Shown piece by piece: positions 1-8,630 of a DNA stretch of 52,885 nt (the first letter of the stretch is position 1; each line of letters begins with the position of its first letter). This DNA is from a virus (Duplodnaviria > Caudoviricetes): the IMG/VR virus record IMGVR_UViG_3300008952_003486, positions 1 to 52,885 of that record, one strand, 5' to 3'. The notes under the pieces are model-generated. The model saw only the letters and a program-made list of their open reading frames with translations. It was not told the DNA's origin and did no database searches. The position numbers were made by a program, and so were the translations under genes.

Positions 1-1276
1 GAGTCGTTGGAGTCTCAGAAGCGGGGATTTCCATCCCGGCAGTACGTATTACATTATCGTTGAGGTCCGTCCAATACATTTTTCCAGCAGATATATCAAG
101 GGCGAGTCCGCGCAAACTACCAACCAAAGAGTCGTGTATCATGTCTTCCACGGCGGTTCCATCTAAATTTGCCCTTTGAATTTTGTTTGTGGTAATATCT
201 GACCAATACATTTTCCCGGCACATAAATCAAGAGCGAGAGGCAACGGGTTGGTCAACCCTGTTGTAATCAGATCTTCTACTCCAGTTCCGCACAAATTTG
301 CTCTTTGAATTTTGTTTGTGCCATAATCCGTCCAATACATTTTTCCAGCAGGGATATCGAGAGCAATCGCATACGGAAGAGTCAACCCCACTGTGACCAG
401 ATCCTGTATTGACGTGGATGGCGGCGTCTGCTTATAATACCTTGTATTTCTATTGTCTGTGTGATAAAGAGTGGGCGTAGCGGAGCAAGTTATATCTGTT
501 GCCTTTGGTGTATGTCTCGCCAAATCAGACCGTAGCACAGAACGCACTGAGTCGTTCCTCCAGGGCATTGCGTTGTTGGGTGCATACTCTTCGGCATAGG
601 TATCCAAAACGCCCCTAGAACTCACGTCAGTGCCTCCTGGGGCATTAAAACGATTAACGAAGACTGACTTGTTGGTGCCAGACAAATCATAGACGGGTAG
701 CGCAGTTCCAGTTGTGAAATCTCTTGCGCCAGATACAAACTGAGTTACAAGCGATCCGCTATATGGTAAACTAGCGTCTCCGATAAATCCTACTCCGTCT
801 GCCTCAACAAACGCTCTATTATTTGAGGTTCTTCCTACAGTTTGCAAGAACTCATAATCATTTAAATAATTCCCAATTATCGTAGAACCAGTTCTCATCT
901 GGATGTTTTCTATGTTTAGCGGGCGCTTTGCAATTGGATCTCTAAAGTAAGGTGCTCTGGGTCTATCGACACCACCAGCAGTATCTGGACCTCTTACTTC
1001 CAAGACGCCTCCATTCATATAGATATCAAATAACTCTGGTCTTGTCAGAGAAGTGTCTGTTCCCTCATTTAGTGGAACATGCCTCTGTTGATTTCCTCCG
1101 ACATACTTGTAGGTAAACGGACCTTGCATTGGGGCATCGCTATAGTTACCGTACCTATCCTCATGCATATTCGTTAGATCGATATGCGGTCTAAAACTAG
1201 CAGAGATTTCAGATATATACCCCGTCTCTACTGACGAGCTATAAATGCTGAATGGTGCTATCCTGAAATCTGCCAT
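1..1276 (-). CDS. Putative virion structural protein with LDL-receptor class B (YWTD) beta-propeller repeats; partial, runs off the window start
   Basis: Not in the ORF track; translated by hand. AAGGA then ATG at 1276 opens MADFRIAPFSIYSSSVETGY..., open to the window edge. Contains ALDIPAGKMYWTDYGTNKIQRANL, ALDLCAGKMYWSDITTNKIQRANLDGT and ALDISAGKMYWTDLNDNVIRTA. Confidence 0.85.
   Translation of the reverse strand, partial: MADFRIAPFSIYSSSVETGYISEISASFRPHIDLTNMHEDRYGNYSDAPMQGPFTYKYVGGNQQRHVPLNEGTDTSLTRPELFDIYMNGGVLEVRGPDTAGGVDRPRAPYFRDPIAKRPLNIENIQMRTGSTIIGNYLNDYEFLQTVGRTSNNRAFVEADGVGFIGDASLPYSGSLVTQFVSGARDFTTGTALPVYDLSGTNKSVFVNRFNAPGGTDVSSRGVLDTYAEEYAPNNAMPWRNDSVRSVLRSDLARHTPKATDITCSATPTLYHTDNRNTRYYKQTPPSTSIQDLVTVGLTLPYAIALDIPAGKMYWTDYGTNKIQRANLCGTGVEDLITTGLTNPLPLALDLCAGKMYWSDITTNKIQRANLDGTAVEDMIHDSLVGSLRGLALDISAGKMYWTDLNDNVIRTAGMEIPASETPTT
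40..410 (-). repeat. Three tandem YWTD repeat units (43-44 codons)
   Basis: CCAATACATTTT recurs at 71, 203 and 332 (periods 132 and 129 bp). Confidence 0.9.
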
Positions 1277-1297
1277 GTCATTTCCTTGTCTCTCTTA

Positions 1298-2035
1298 TTA
1301 TCCTACTGGTGTTACATATACATCGAAGTCGTCTATCCAAGCAAGTCTGGTAAGAGTAAGACCACTCCCCATCATATACCCTATATTAATGCCTGGAGTT
1401 GAAGAAGACACGTACCAACTTGACCCGCTAAGTATTGTCATAGTATCAACCAATTCCCAGGTTTCCGTGTTTGTGCCACCAGCTGACGCAGTATAAAAGT
1501 TCAACACATCTTTCATCGACCCAATTGGAATGTAATCCAACCTTATCCTGTGCCACTCATCGGTGGCCACCTCGAACTCTGGTCCTTTGTTCTCTTGTCC
1601 ACTTGGTCCTTGTCTGGCTATTATCTGTAAATGTGTTTGATTGCTAGGATACGCTACCCCATATCCCTTAAAGTCAGTAGCGGACGATCCGATCTGGGAG
1701 TCGTTCTTTAGAAAAATAGCGAATCCGGGTCCTGGATCGTTTTTGCGAACCCAGGCGCGCGCGGAGATGGCATTATTTCCAAAAGACCCAGTATATGCTC
1801 CGCCCTCGACAGAACCTGATACCGATGTAAAAATTGGGCGCGAGGGGGTTGGGGCGGAGTCTTGAGAATACTCCCTACAATAAGAACTGCTAGGAAGTGA
1901 TCCGCTGTTGTATCCCTTTGCTGCCGAATCAATATCCGCGTGTAAGCGAGCACTTCCAGTGGCTGCATCTGGCGCGGTGAGGACGACGCCAGCATTCACA
2001 TAAAGAAAGTCGCTTGCTGATAAAATAAGTGTCAT
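1298..2035 (-). CDS. Hypothetical beta-sandwich/lectin-like structural protein (paralog A)
   Basis: 245-aa ORF with GAGG RBS. Shares LILSxSDF, RAWVR, WxRIRxDxxPxGS, LNxYTxSAG, ExWExV and IDxFxxxV motifs with its neighbour. Confidence 0.65.
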   Translation of the reverse strand: MTLILSASDFLYVNAGVVLTAPDAATGSARLHADIDSAAKGYNSGSLPSSSYCREYSQDSAPTPSRPIFTSVSGSVEGGAYTGSFGNNAISARAWVRKNDPGPGFAIFLKNDSQIGSSATDFKGYGVAYPSNQTHLQIIARQGPSGQENKGPEFEVATDEWHRIRLDYIPIGSMKDVLNFYTASAGGTNTETWELVDTMTILSGSSWYVSSSTPGINIGYMMGSGLTLTRLAWIDDFDVYVTPVG

Positions 2036-2050
2036 TTTATATTCCTCATG

Positions 2051-2884
2051 TTATAGGTCTTCTACTAATATTTCGAATTGGTCGATGGCAAAGTAATCAA
2101 TATCCTGACCGGCGTCGTCACACCATGAATAGAACCCCATAGCATTCTCTGGGTCTGTTGGATCCATATAAACACTGTCCGCTGCGGCAACAAATTTGGT
2201 ACCAACTTGTTCCCAGACTTCGTTTCCGCTCTGAACATCTCCAGCAGAACTCGTATAGGCATTCAAAGTAACGCCGGCACTGCCAACTGGCACCATATCA
2301 AATCTTATTCTATACCACGTCTCTTGGGCATATGCTTTACTGGTGCCACCATCGTTCGGTCCCGTGCATTGCACTGGGGGGAAAGCAACATCAAAATTTC
2401 CATCGGTCTTTGCCGTACCAATAGATAGACCCGGTTTGAAATCCTGAAATTTGGTGTCATTCACATTATATCCACTAAACTGAAGGGTATACCCTGCTTG
2501 ATAAATCCTCTGTGCGGATGCATCAGAATGTAGCACATTGGTTCTGCCCATTATTGTTAATCCGCCGCCCATGGTCGTCACATAATTGTTGCTACAACCA
2601 CAAAGTCGAACCCATGCTCTTAGCGAATATGCTTTAGATGTACTTATTGATCCACTATATAATCCACCATCGACTGACTGTTTAATATAATAAGCTCCGT
2701 AGGCATCATCCGCCGCTGGAGCCGCAAATAACCTATAAAAATCTCCGCTAGATGTTATGGGGCTTGGTAGTGACGAATTCAACCCCGCTAGAGCATACTC
2801 GCCACCATTAAAATTGGATGCTGGTGCTGTCCCATTTGTGGTAATTTGAAAATCCGAACTTGATAAAATTAAACCTGTTGCCAT
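2051..2884 (-). CDS. Hypothetical beta-sandwich/lectin-like structural protein (paralog B)
   Basis: 277-aa ORF with AAGGA RBS; colinear motifs shared with 1298-2035. Confidence 0.65.
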   Translation of the reverse strand: MATGLILSSSDFQITTNGTAPASNFNGGEYALAGLNSSLPSPITSSGDFYRLFAAPAADDAYGAYYIKQSVDGGLYSGSISTSKAYSLRAWVRLCGCSNNYVTTMGGGLTIMGRTNVLHSDASAQRIYQAGYTLQFSGYNVNDTKFQDFKPGLSIGTAKTDGNFDVAFPPVQCTGPNDGGTSKAYAQETWYRIRFDMVPVGSAGVTLNAYTSSAGDVQSGNEVWEQVGTKFVAAADSVYMDPTDPENAMGFYSWCDDAGQDIDYFAIDQFEILVEDL

Positions 2885-2903
2885 AATAATACTTCCTTAT
2901 CTA

Positions 2904-2911
2904 TAAATAGT
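2904..2911 (-). promoter_or_regulatory. Candidate phage-specific promoter ACTATTTA
   Basis: ACTAWTTA recurs in four intergenic gaps upstream of minus-strand starts. Confidence 0.5.
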
Positions 2912-2964
2912 GTTTCCATTGTAATTTGCGAACTACTGCTTTCCATAATATATATATCCGCATT

Positions 2965-3417
2965 TTATGGTATTGGCCAACTACCGGACTCATAAGTGGT
3001 TGAAGCAGAGTGTAGACTCGCTGTGAATTGAGTTGCCAATGCTCCTGAAATATATGCTGGGTCTAGTGTGCCTGGCCAAGATTGTTCATACTCGTATTGA
3101 GTTGAGAGGCTGCCTGTCCCAAAAGAGAACTCCCACGGACCAAGTTCAAAACTGGCAGTTGCTGAGTTGTTATAAGTCGCAAAGTCAGAACTTGTTATTG
3201 GGTTGGCAACTGTTCCTGGCCAACCTGAGAACTCGTAACTTGAAGTTGTTGAGTTATTATAAGTTGTAAAGTCTGAACTCGTTATTGGGTCGGCGACTGT
3301 TCCTGGCCAGCCTGAAAATTCAAAGTTAATTATTACAGAATCGTCGGTAGAAGCTGGGGCCCCGGCGGCAGTTGGAACAATTGCATTGGAAAACCCTCTT
3401 ATTTTCCTCTTACTCAT
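2965..3417 (-). CDS. Ser/Thr-rich protein with 29-aa tandem repeats
   Basis: 150 aa. (F/Y)EFSGWPGTVA(D/N)PITSSDF(T/A)TYNNS occurs twice, plus degenerate YEQSWPGT and YESGSWP. Confidence 0.7.
   Translation of the reverse strand: MSKRKIRGFSNAIVPTAAGAPASTDDSVIINFEFSGWPGTVADPITSSDFTTYNNSTTSSYEFSGWPGTVANPITSSDFATYNNSATASFELGPWEFSFGTGSLSTQYEYEQSWPGTLDPAYISGALATQFTASLHSASTTYESGSWPIP
3146..3322. repeat. 87-bp tandem direct repeat (2 copies, diverged)
   Basis: TGTTCCTGGCCA at 3211 and 3298; flanks align at period 87. Confidence 0.9.
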
Positions 3418-6400
3418 CGTCGCACCCTATCGTATCGCCCTCCAATATATCTACTATTGCTGTGTCTGTGCTGGAAATAGAAATGAATCCGCCCGATCCA
3501 AACTTGACTACTTCTTTAATGGCGCCGGGATTAGTGGCATCGTCATCAGAAACATATATCACGTCGGCAGCAAAACTAATTGGAGAATCAAATTTCCTGT
3601 CAAAAGTACTATGTGCAACAGTAAAGATGGGCGCCCTAATAGAACTCGGATCCGGGTCCAAAGGAGGCTCGCCTCCGATTGCCCTGTTTTTCCACCAAAA
3701 ACAATTTATATTTTGCTGCCCGCTAATTGGAGCATGTCCAGACTTCCATGGATATAAACCTTCATTTATGCCGCGGGCGGCTCCCTCTGGAGGTTCTAGT
3801 TCCACCTCCACTGTGGGGAACTTATTCCAATGCTTGTTTCTTTCTAGAATGTGACTCTCAACGACTGTCGATACTTTATCCGAGAAATTGGCAGTTGCTG
3901 GTACGAGCTGCCTAATCATGGAAGTAATTGCGCCGTCTATCCACTTATAAAATTCTACATACTTTATGAGACTAGGAGTATTCTTGATTCTGCTAAAGAA
4001 TATTTCCTTCAACTTATCCATCTCGTCATAACTTCTTCGATATCGATTAACTGGTGCGCCGATTAGATTATTGAAATCCACTATTGAACCGAACACACTT
4101 ATCATCTCGTCTGATATAACCTGCTGCATCCCTTTTTCGATGGCGTATACATAATCTAGTGGGCGCGATTCGCGAGTAAATATCTCGTCCTCTGCGTTGC
4201 TAATAATTTCAACAAGGTCGTCAGACTGCACTGTCTCCGGTCCCTGAAGTTTGGCGTTAGAAAGATATTCCTTCTGAATAACATCCGTATCGTTTGCCAA
4301 AAAGAAATCGCCCCTACCTGGATGAGATGAGGTCAATATAGGCGCTAGCAATCCATAATCTCTGTCCGCAGAAGATGTATGCAAATCTGGTACCGAAAAA
4401 CCTGCTGTATACCCAGGACCGGATCCTCCGTCCGAACTGCTGAGGGTATCATATCCCCATGACATAGCGAGAGTTTCTATCTCAGGTATAGGAGAAGTTA
4501 TCTCCTCGTAACCGGCGAAAGCATCTACATACGGATTCTTTGTACCATAGTTTGTACTATCTTTGGCGTGAACCCTGATAACTTCTGGTCCGAGATAACT
4601 ATGCCACACGCGGTTGTTCGTTATCTTTACGTCTGTTTGCTTGAGGATAGAACCAGTAAAATTAGTATAGTGTGCGCCGGCGTAAAACTTCGATGGATTC
4701 TGTACAAATCCCGTTAAGACAGGATTAGATATGGATGCAGTAAGAATGAACTCGTTGCGTACAAAATCCCCCTCAGTCTGGACTCCCTGAAACTCTAAAA
4801 TTCCGCTCCCTGTTAGTGGGGCGCTGCCTGTATCATGAAGGGCATACTCGGGACTTATCTTTACAGATATATTCCAATTTGTGTTGTCATACACATCCTT
4901 ATAGAAAGGACTCTCCAGGGAAGAGAAGGGTGACCCGCCGACACTCTCAAGAACAAACTTGGCATTATTAGATCCTACTTGCTCTTTTACCAAATATACT
5001 TGAAAATTGTTGTCATCGCCAGATGCCCAAGTGTATGTATCCGCGCTACTAACCTCATGCTGACCAAACAGGGAAGCAGACACAAACGGAGTCTCGAACC
5101 AAAGATCGGAATCTATGGGAAACTTTGATGGTACCACCACTTGAGTTTCGAAAGTGATGGGATGATTGAATGTGCTGCCAGGAAAATAGTCCAACTCGGT
5201 TGAATTGGAAGAGGTCATATAGACTGTGCCGTTGAACCTGTCAGTATTTGCAAAGTTTACAAACTTCTTCTCCAATGCATGTAGTTTGTAATCATCCTGT
5301 ATCCTAAATGTCTGACCATCTACATACAGATTCACGCGCACTAGTTCTTCGTCAATTCCGTAACACCGAAGAAGATTTCTAAAAGACTTCATTGTTCCTT
5401 TGGTGTTGTAGATGTAAACAAGATTATTGTAGATGTTTTGATAAATAAGATTCTTTGTGTTATAAATTTGCTCTTCAAACTCTTCAACATCATTTCGAGA
5501 TGCAATTGCCTCCATGACATCTGACTGTATAAAAAGACTTGGAGTTTGAAACCCCAAAGACTCTAGTGCGGTGCTTGTGAAAGGGTACGGTTTCACAGAG
5601 GAACTTAGATATTCGACATCCTTGAGGGTCGATAAGTTTTGTATTTTCAATTGCATAGAGTCGAAAAAACTAGATATGATTTGCGTCAAGTTTGAGAGAT
5701 TTCCATCATCTTCATTGATGATCCAATCAGGGATGCTATGGTATATTGAAGAGGCATTTTGATAATCATATTCTTTTCCCAACTTCTGTTTTTCATCCAA
5801 CAGAGATACTACATCTGGGTGGAAAGAATAAATAATTGGATCTTTAAATTCGCTTTTTGCGGCATTAGACAGCACCATCGCAGAACCAGTATTCCTGGCA
5901 CCCACAGTATACCCAGTCCATGTTCCGTCAGAAAACCTGCCAGAGTAATCCAAAATGGCGGAATCTACAGATGCCGTCTGGGTGATACCTTCATTGAATT
6001 TGTAATATACGCCAAGATCAGTGTTCGCATCATCCTGGTTTGTGCCGCCGCCGACCTGAGTAAACCAGTTAATTCCTATTTGCTTATCGGTTCTTGCAAC
6101 CTTCCAGAATCTAAATTCATCCAAGGATGCAGATAGTTTTGACCATCCCACTTGAGAAGCGCCGGCACCAAGAAAGGTTGTACCGCGATCACTGACAGAA
6201 TTATAGTAAGAACCAACATTCGCGATCAGTGCGCCTGTTACTTCGCTAATTGGCGCGCCCTGTACATAATCTTTGTACACTCCGTCAACATATAGTTCTG
6301 CTTTTCCCGCGGTGGCATCCACACTAACGGCATAGTGATGCCATTCGCCGTCCGCTATAGATGCCGTAGTTGGCGCGTCAGAACCGCTGAATCCCGCACT

Positions 6401-7189
6401 AATTCCGTCTGCAAATCCTCCTGATACATACGTGAGATAAATTGGAGAATAAGGACTAGAACCCAACGAGCAACTGTTGAGGGTAATGCAAAATCTACCA
6501 TATTGCGGATCTGATATTGTAGTACCGCTTGCCCACAAATCAAAAACAGTTTCCTGCCAGTTTTTTGTACCGTCAGTATTCCATTCTTCTTTCTTCATCC
6601 ACCATTCAACGGTATTTCCTGGATTTGCAAACTCCAAATTAGATTCTCTATTTTCAGTCGGATCATAGAAATTAGAACTAGAGTTTTCAAAGATGCTTGA
6701 TAGGGGTTTGCCAGCAGATGTGGGATCTTTATTGGGACCACCATGGACTGTAATATACTCTAGGGAACTCGGGTATTTAAAGGCTGTTGTCGGGGTGTCA
6801 GAAAGAAAGTTTTGCGTAAATGCAACAGATCCCCACCCTCCATAAGAAAAGTCTATATATCCGTTTGTCCTTGGGTATTCATTTTCAAAAACATATTTTT
6901 GAATTCCCGAAGCGCTAACTTCCCACGCTGTTCTTTCGAAGAAAGAACCGTCGAAGGGGTAGTATGTATAGATGTTGGAAATTGTATCCGTATAATATTT
7001 TTCAGCGGAACCAAACTTGGCAAAGTTAGAGGCAGAAGAATAGTCAATATGTGGTTCGAACTTATTCTTCTGCACTATTCTCGCAGAATAATATTCTGGA
7101 GATTCTATATTTTCCGCCGCGTCCGTCTTGTCCGTAAGAGATACTATCTTGGCGTCGGCGTCGCTATTGAATAAATCTTTAATTCCCAT
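3410..7189 (-). CDS. Baseplate wedge-like structural protein with LamG/concanavalin-A-like domain
   Basis: 1259 aa. LamG motifs TVEWWMK, WHHYAVS, LYVDGV, LDEFRFW. IYNTKGTMKSFRNLLRCYG resembles the KGT motif of P2 gpI/T4 gp7-type wedge proteins. Follows gp25- and gp6-like genes. Confidence 0.7.
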   Translation of the reverse strand: MGIKDLFNSDADAKIVSLTDKTDAAENIESPEYYSARIVQKNKFEPHIDYSSASNFAKFGSAEKYYTDTISNIYTYYPFDGSFFERTAWEVSASGIQKYVFENEYPRTNGYIDFSYGGWGSVAFTQNFLSDTPTTAFKYPSSLEYITVHGGPNKDPTSAGKPLSSIFENSSSNFYDPTENRESNLEFANPGNTVEWWMKKEEWNTDGTKNWQETVFDLWASGTTISDPQYGRFCITLNSCSLGSSPYSPIYLTYVSGGFADGISAGFSGSDAPTTASIADGEWHHYAVSVDATAGKAELYVDGVYKDYVQGAPISEVTGALIANVGSYYNSVSDRGTTFLGAGASQVGWSKLSASLDEFRFWKVARTDKQIGINWFTQVGGGTNQDDANTDLGVYYKFNEGITQTASVDSAILDYSGRFSDGTWTGYTVGARNTGSAMVLSNAAKSEFKDPIIYSFHPDVVSLLDEKQKLGKEYDYQNASSIYHSIPDWIINEDDGNLSNLTQIISSFFDSMQLKIQNLSTLKDVEYLSSSVKPYPFTSTALESLGFQTPSLFIQSDVMEAIASRNDVEEFEEQIYNTKNLIYQNIYNNLVYIYNTKGTMKSFRNLLRCYGIDEELVRVNLYVDGQTFRIQDDYKLHALEKKFVNFANTDRFNGTVYMTSSNSTELDYFPGSTFNHPITFETQVVVPSKFPIDSDLWFETPFVSASLFGQHEVSSADTYTWASGDDNNFQVYLVKEQVGSNNAKFVLESVGGSPFSSLESPFYKDVYDNTNWNISVKISPEYALHDTGSAPLTGSGILEFQGVQTEGDFVRNEFILTASISNPVLTGFVQNPSKFYAGAHYTNFTGSILKQTDVKITNNRVWHSYLGPEVIRVHAKDSTNYGTKNPYVDAFAGYEEITSPIPEIETLAMSWGYDTLSSSDGGSGPGYTAGFSVPDLHTSSADRDYGLLAPILTSSHPGRGDFFLANDTDVIQKEYLSNAKLQGPETVQSDDLVEIISNAEDEIFTRESRPLDYVYAIEKGMQQVISDEMISVFGSIVDFNNLIGAPVNRYRRSYDEMDKLKEIFFSRIKNTPSLIKYVEFYKWIDGAITSMIRQLVPATANFSDKVSTVVESHILERNKHWNKFPTVEVELEPPEGAARGINEGLYPWKSGHAPISGQQNINCFWWKNRAIGGEPPLDPDPSSIRAPIFTVAHSTFDRKFDSPISFAADVIYVSDDDATNPGAIKEVVKFGSGGFISISSTDTAIVDILEGDTIGCDDE

Positions 7190-7190
7190 A

Positions 7191-8630
7191 TCACTCTACT
7201 CTAAACTTAAATGATTCTGACTGCTCATGATATTCGCCGTATTCTAAAACCACAAAATTGAAAACATATTCATATCCTGGTTCAAGCAATGACATATCAA
7301 AATCAAAATAGTTCCCTGTCTCGTCATAGGATAATTTCGTATATTGTACGCTTCCAGTTCCATATGGTATCACTTCATAATTGTCTGCAACACGGTTTAG
7401 TCTATAATACATGTTATTAATTGTAGTATTCTCAATTTGACTAGAGGCAATCGTATATACCGTCGGAGACCAATCTTTCGATCTAGCATACATCTGAAAC
7501 CGGGGATTCTCCTGGGTCGAGTAAGTAGATTTCAAATTTGTAATTTTAATAATATATTCTCCTGGGGCGCCCGTAGGAGATGCTGTATGATCCCGAACAA
7601 CGATGGCACTGCCAGTATAGAATTCAGTCGGAGTAGATCCTGAATCGTTATGCCACACATCAAACACTTGATCTATGTTTGTTCCCATTGCAACAGAAGC
7701 AGAGTAAATGCCGGTGCTTACATACCCGCCCGTCACAACATAATCTCCTCCCTGTAGGGGGAGTCTAGATCCTGCCGGTGCGGTTGTGCCAGAATACATG
7801 CTTACAAAAATGCTGCCAGTGCCGGCGCCTGGTATGTTAACCAGCGTACCCCTAAACTTATTATAGAGATAAATTTTATTTAGATTATTTTCTGCCGGCA
7901 GAAGAGAACTGCTCAAGACAAAATCATTCCTGTCATCTGTTATTGCAGGATTCCAGCGCGCTTCGAGATAGGGTCTCTTGTAGAAAAATTCGCTTCCTCT
8001 AGCGAAAAACATCTTAGTATAAAAACTTCGATCTCCAGTCTCCTCACTAGATGTAAGGTGTATGCCGGCACCATAATTGGATATTGTGCCGGATATCCAC
8101 TCTTCCGTTAGGGATGTTATGTCAACTTCCAAATCCTCTGTTCCATTCGAAAAATACTGAGACGAGACGGGAGATGAGAGGTAGTCTCCGCCTGGAGTAA
8201 CCCATCCTCCGTCATCGCCTGAAGAAGAAACTGATGCCGATCCCCAATTGGATAATCCCAAATCAGTATAACCTTCCATATCTAGACCATACCCCTCCTC
8301 CCAAGAGCGAGAAATCGGAGCAACTGTTAGGGTGAATTTTGTAGGTAGAGTCTGTGAGTGTGGAGCGTTAGACATCTTTAAATAAAAACTGACACTTCCA
8401 GAAGCAGGTATGGAGTCGCTAGCACGATCTGAGATGATAGTATCTACGGGAAACTTGACCAGGATACGACTCAACTCTTGAGAGGATGAATTTGCTTGTG
8501 CAAAAACATAGAAAGTCTCAAGAATATCCGACTCTCCCATGTTAGAACCTGTACCTCTGGTGGACAAATTCTCCTGGAAAGCGTTTGTAATAGTGTTATC
8601 TGCGTCCGCTACGTACCTCTTGATCGCCAT
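7191..8630 (-). CDS. Putative structural protein, DNRLRE/CBM96-like N-terminal domain
   Basis: 479 aa. DADNTI...NMG...LE, RILVKF, PISRSWEEG, VDITSLTEEW...NYG and FFARGS...PYLE follow the DNRLRE-type pattern; lies in the baseplate operon. Confidence 0.55.
   Translation of the reverse strand: MAIKRYVADADNTITNAFQENLSTRGTGSNMGESDILETFYVFAQANSSSQELSRILVKFPVDTIISDRASDSIPASGSVSFYLKMSNAPHSQTLPTKFTLTVAPISRSWEEGYGLDMEGYTDLGLSNWGSASVSSSGDDGGWVTPGGDYLSSPVSSQYFSNGTEDLEVDITSLTEEWISGTISNYGAGIHLTSSEETGDRSFYTKMFFARGSEFFYKRPYLEARWNPAITDDRNDFVLSSSLLPAENNLNKIYLYNKFRGTLVNIPGAGTGSIFVSMYSGTTAPAGSRLPLQGGDYVVTGGYVSTGIYSASVAMGTNIDQVFDVWHNDSGSTPTEFYTGSAIVVRDHTASPTGAPGEYIIKITNLKSTYSTQENPRFQMYARSKDWSPTVYTIASSQIENTTINNMYYRLNRVADNYEVIPYGTGSVQYTKLSYDETGNYFDFDMSLLEPGYEYVFNFVVLEYGEYHEQSESFKFRVE

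Noticed and set aside
2902-2909. T4 late promoter TATAAATA
   Set aside because: It is on the plus strand, pointing away from the genes; the overlapping minus-strand ACTATTTA fits the recurring pattern better.
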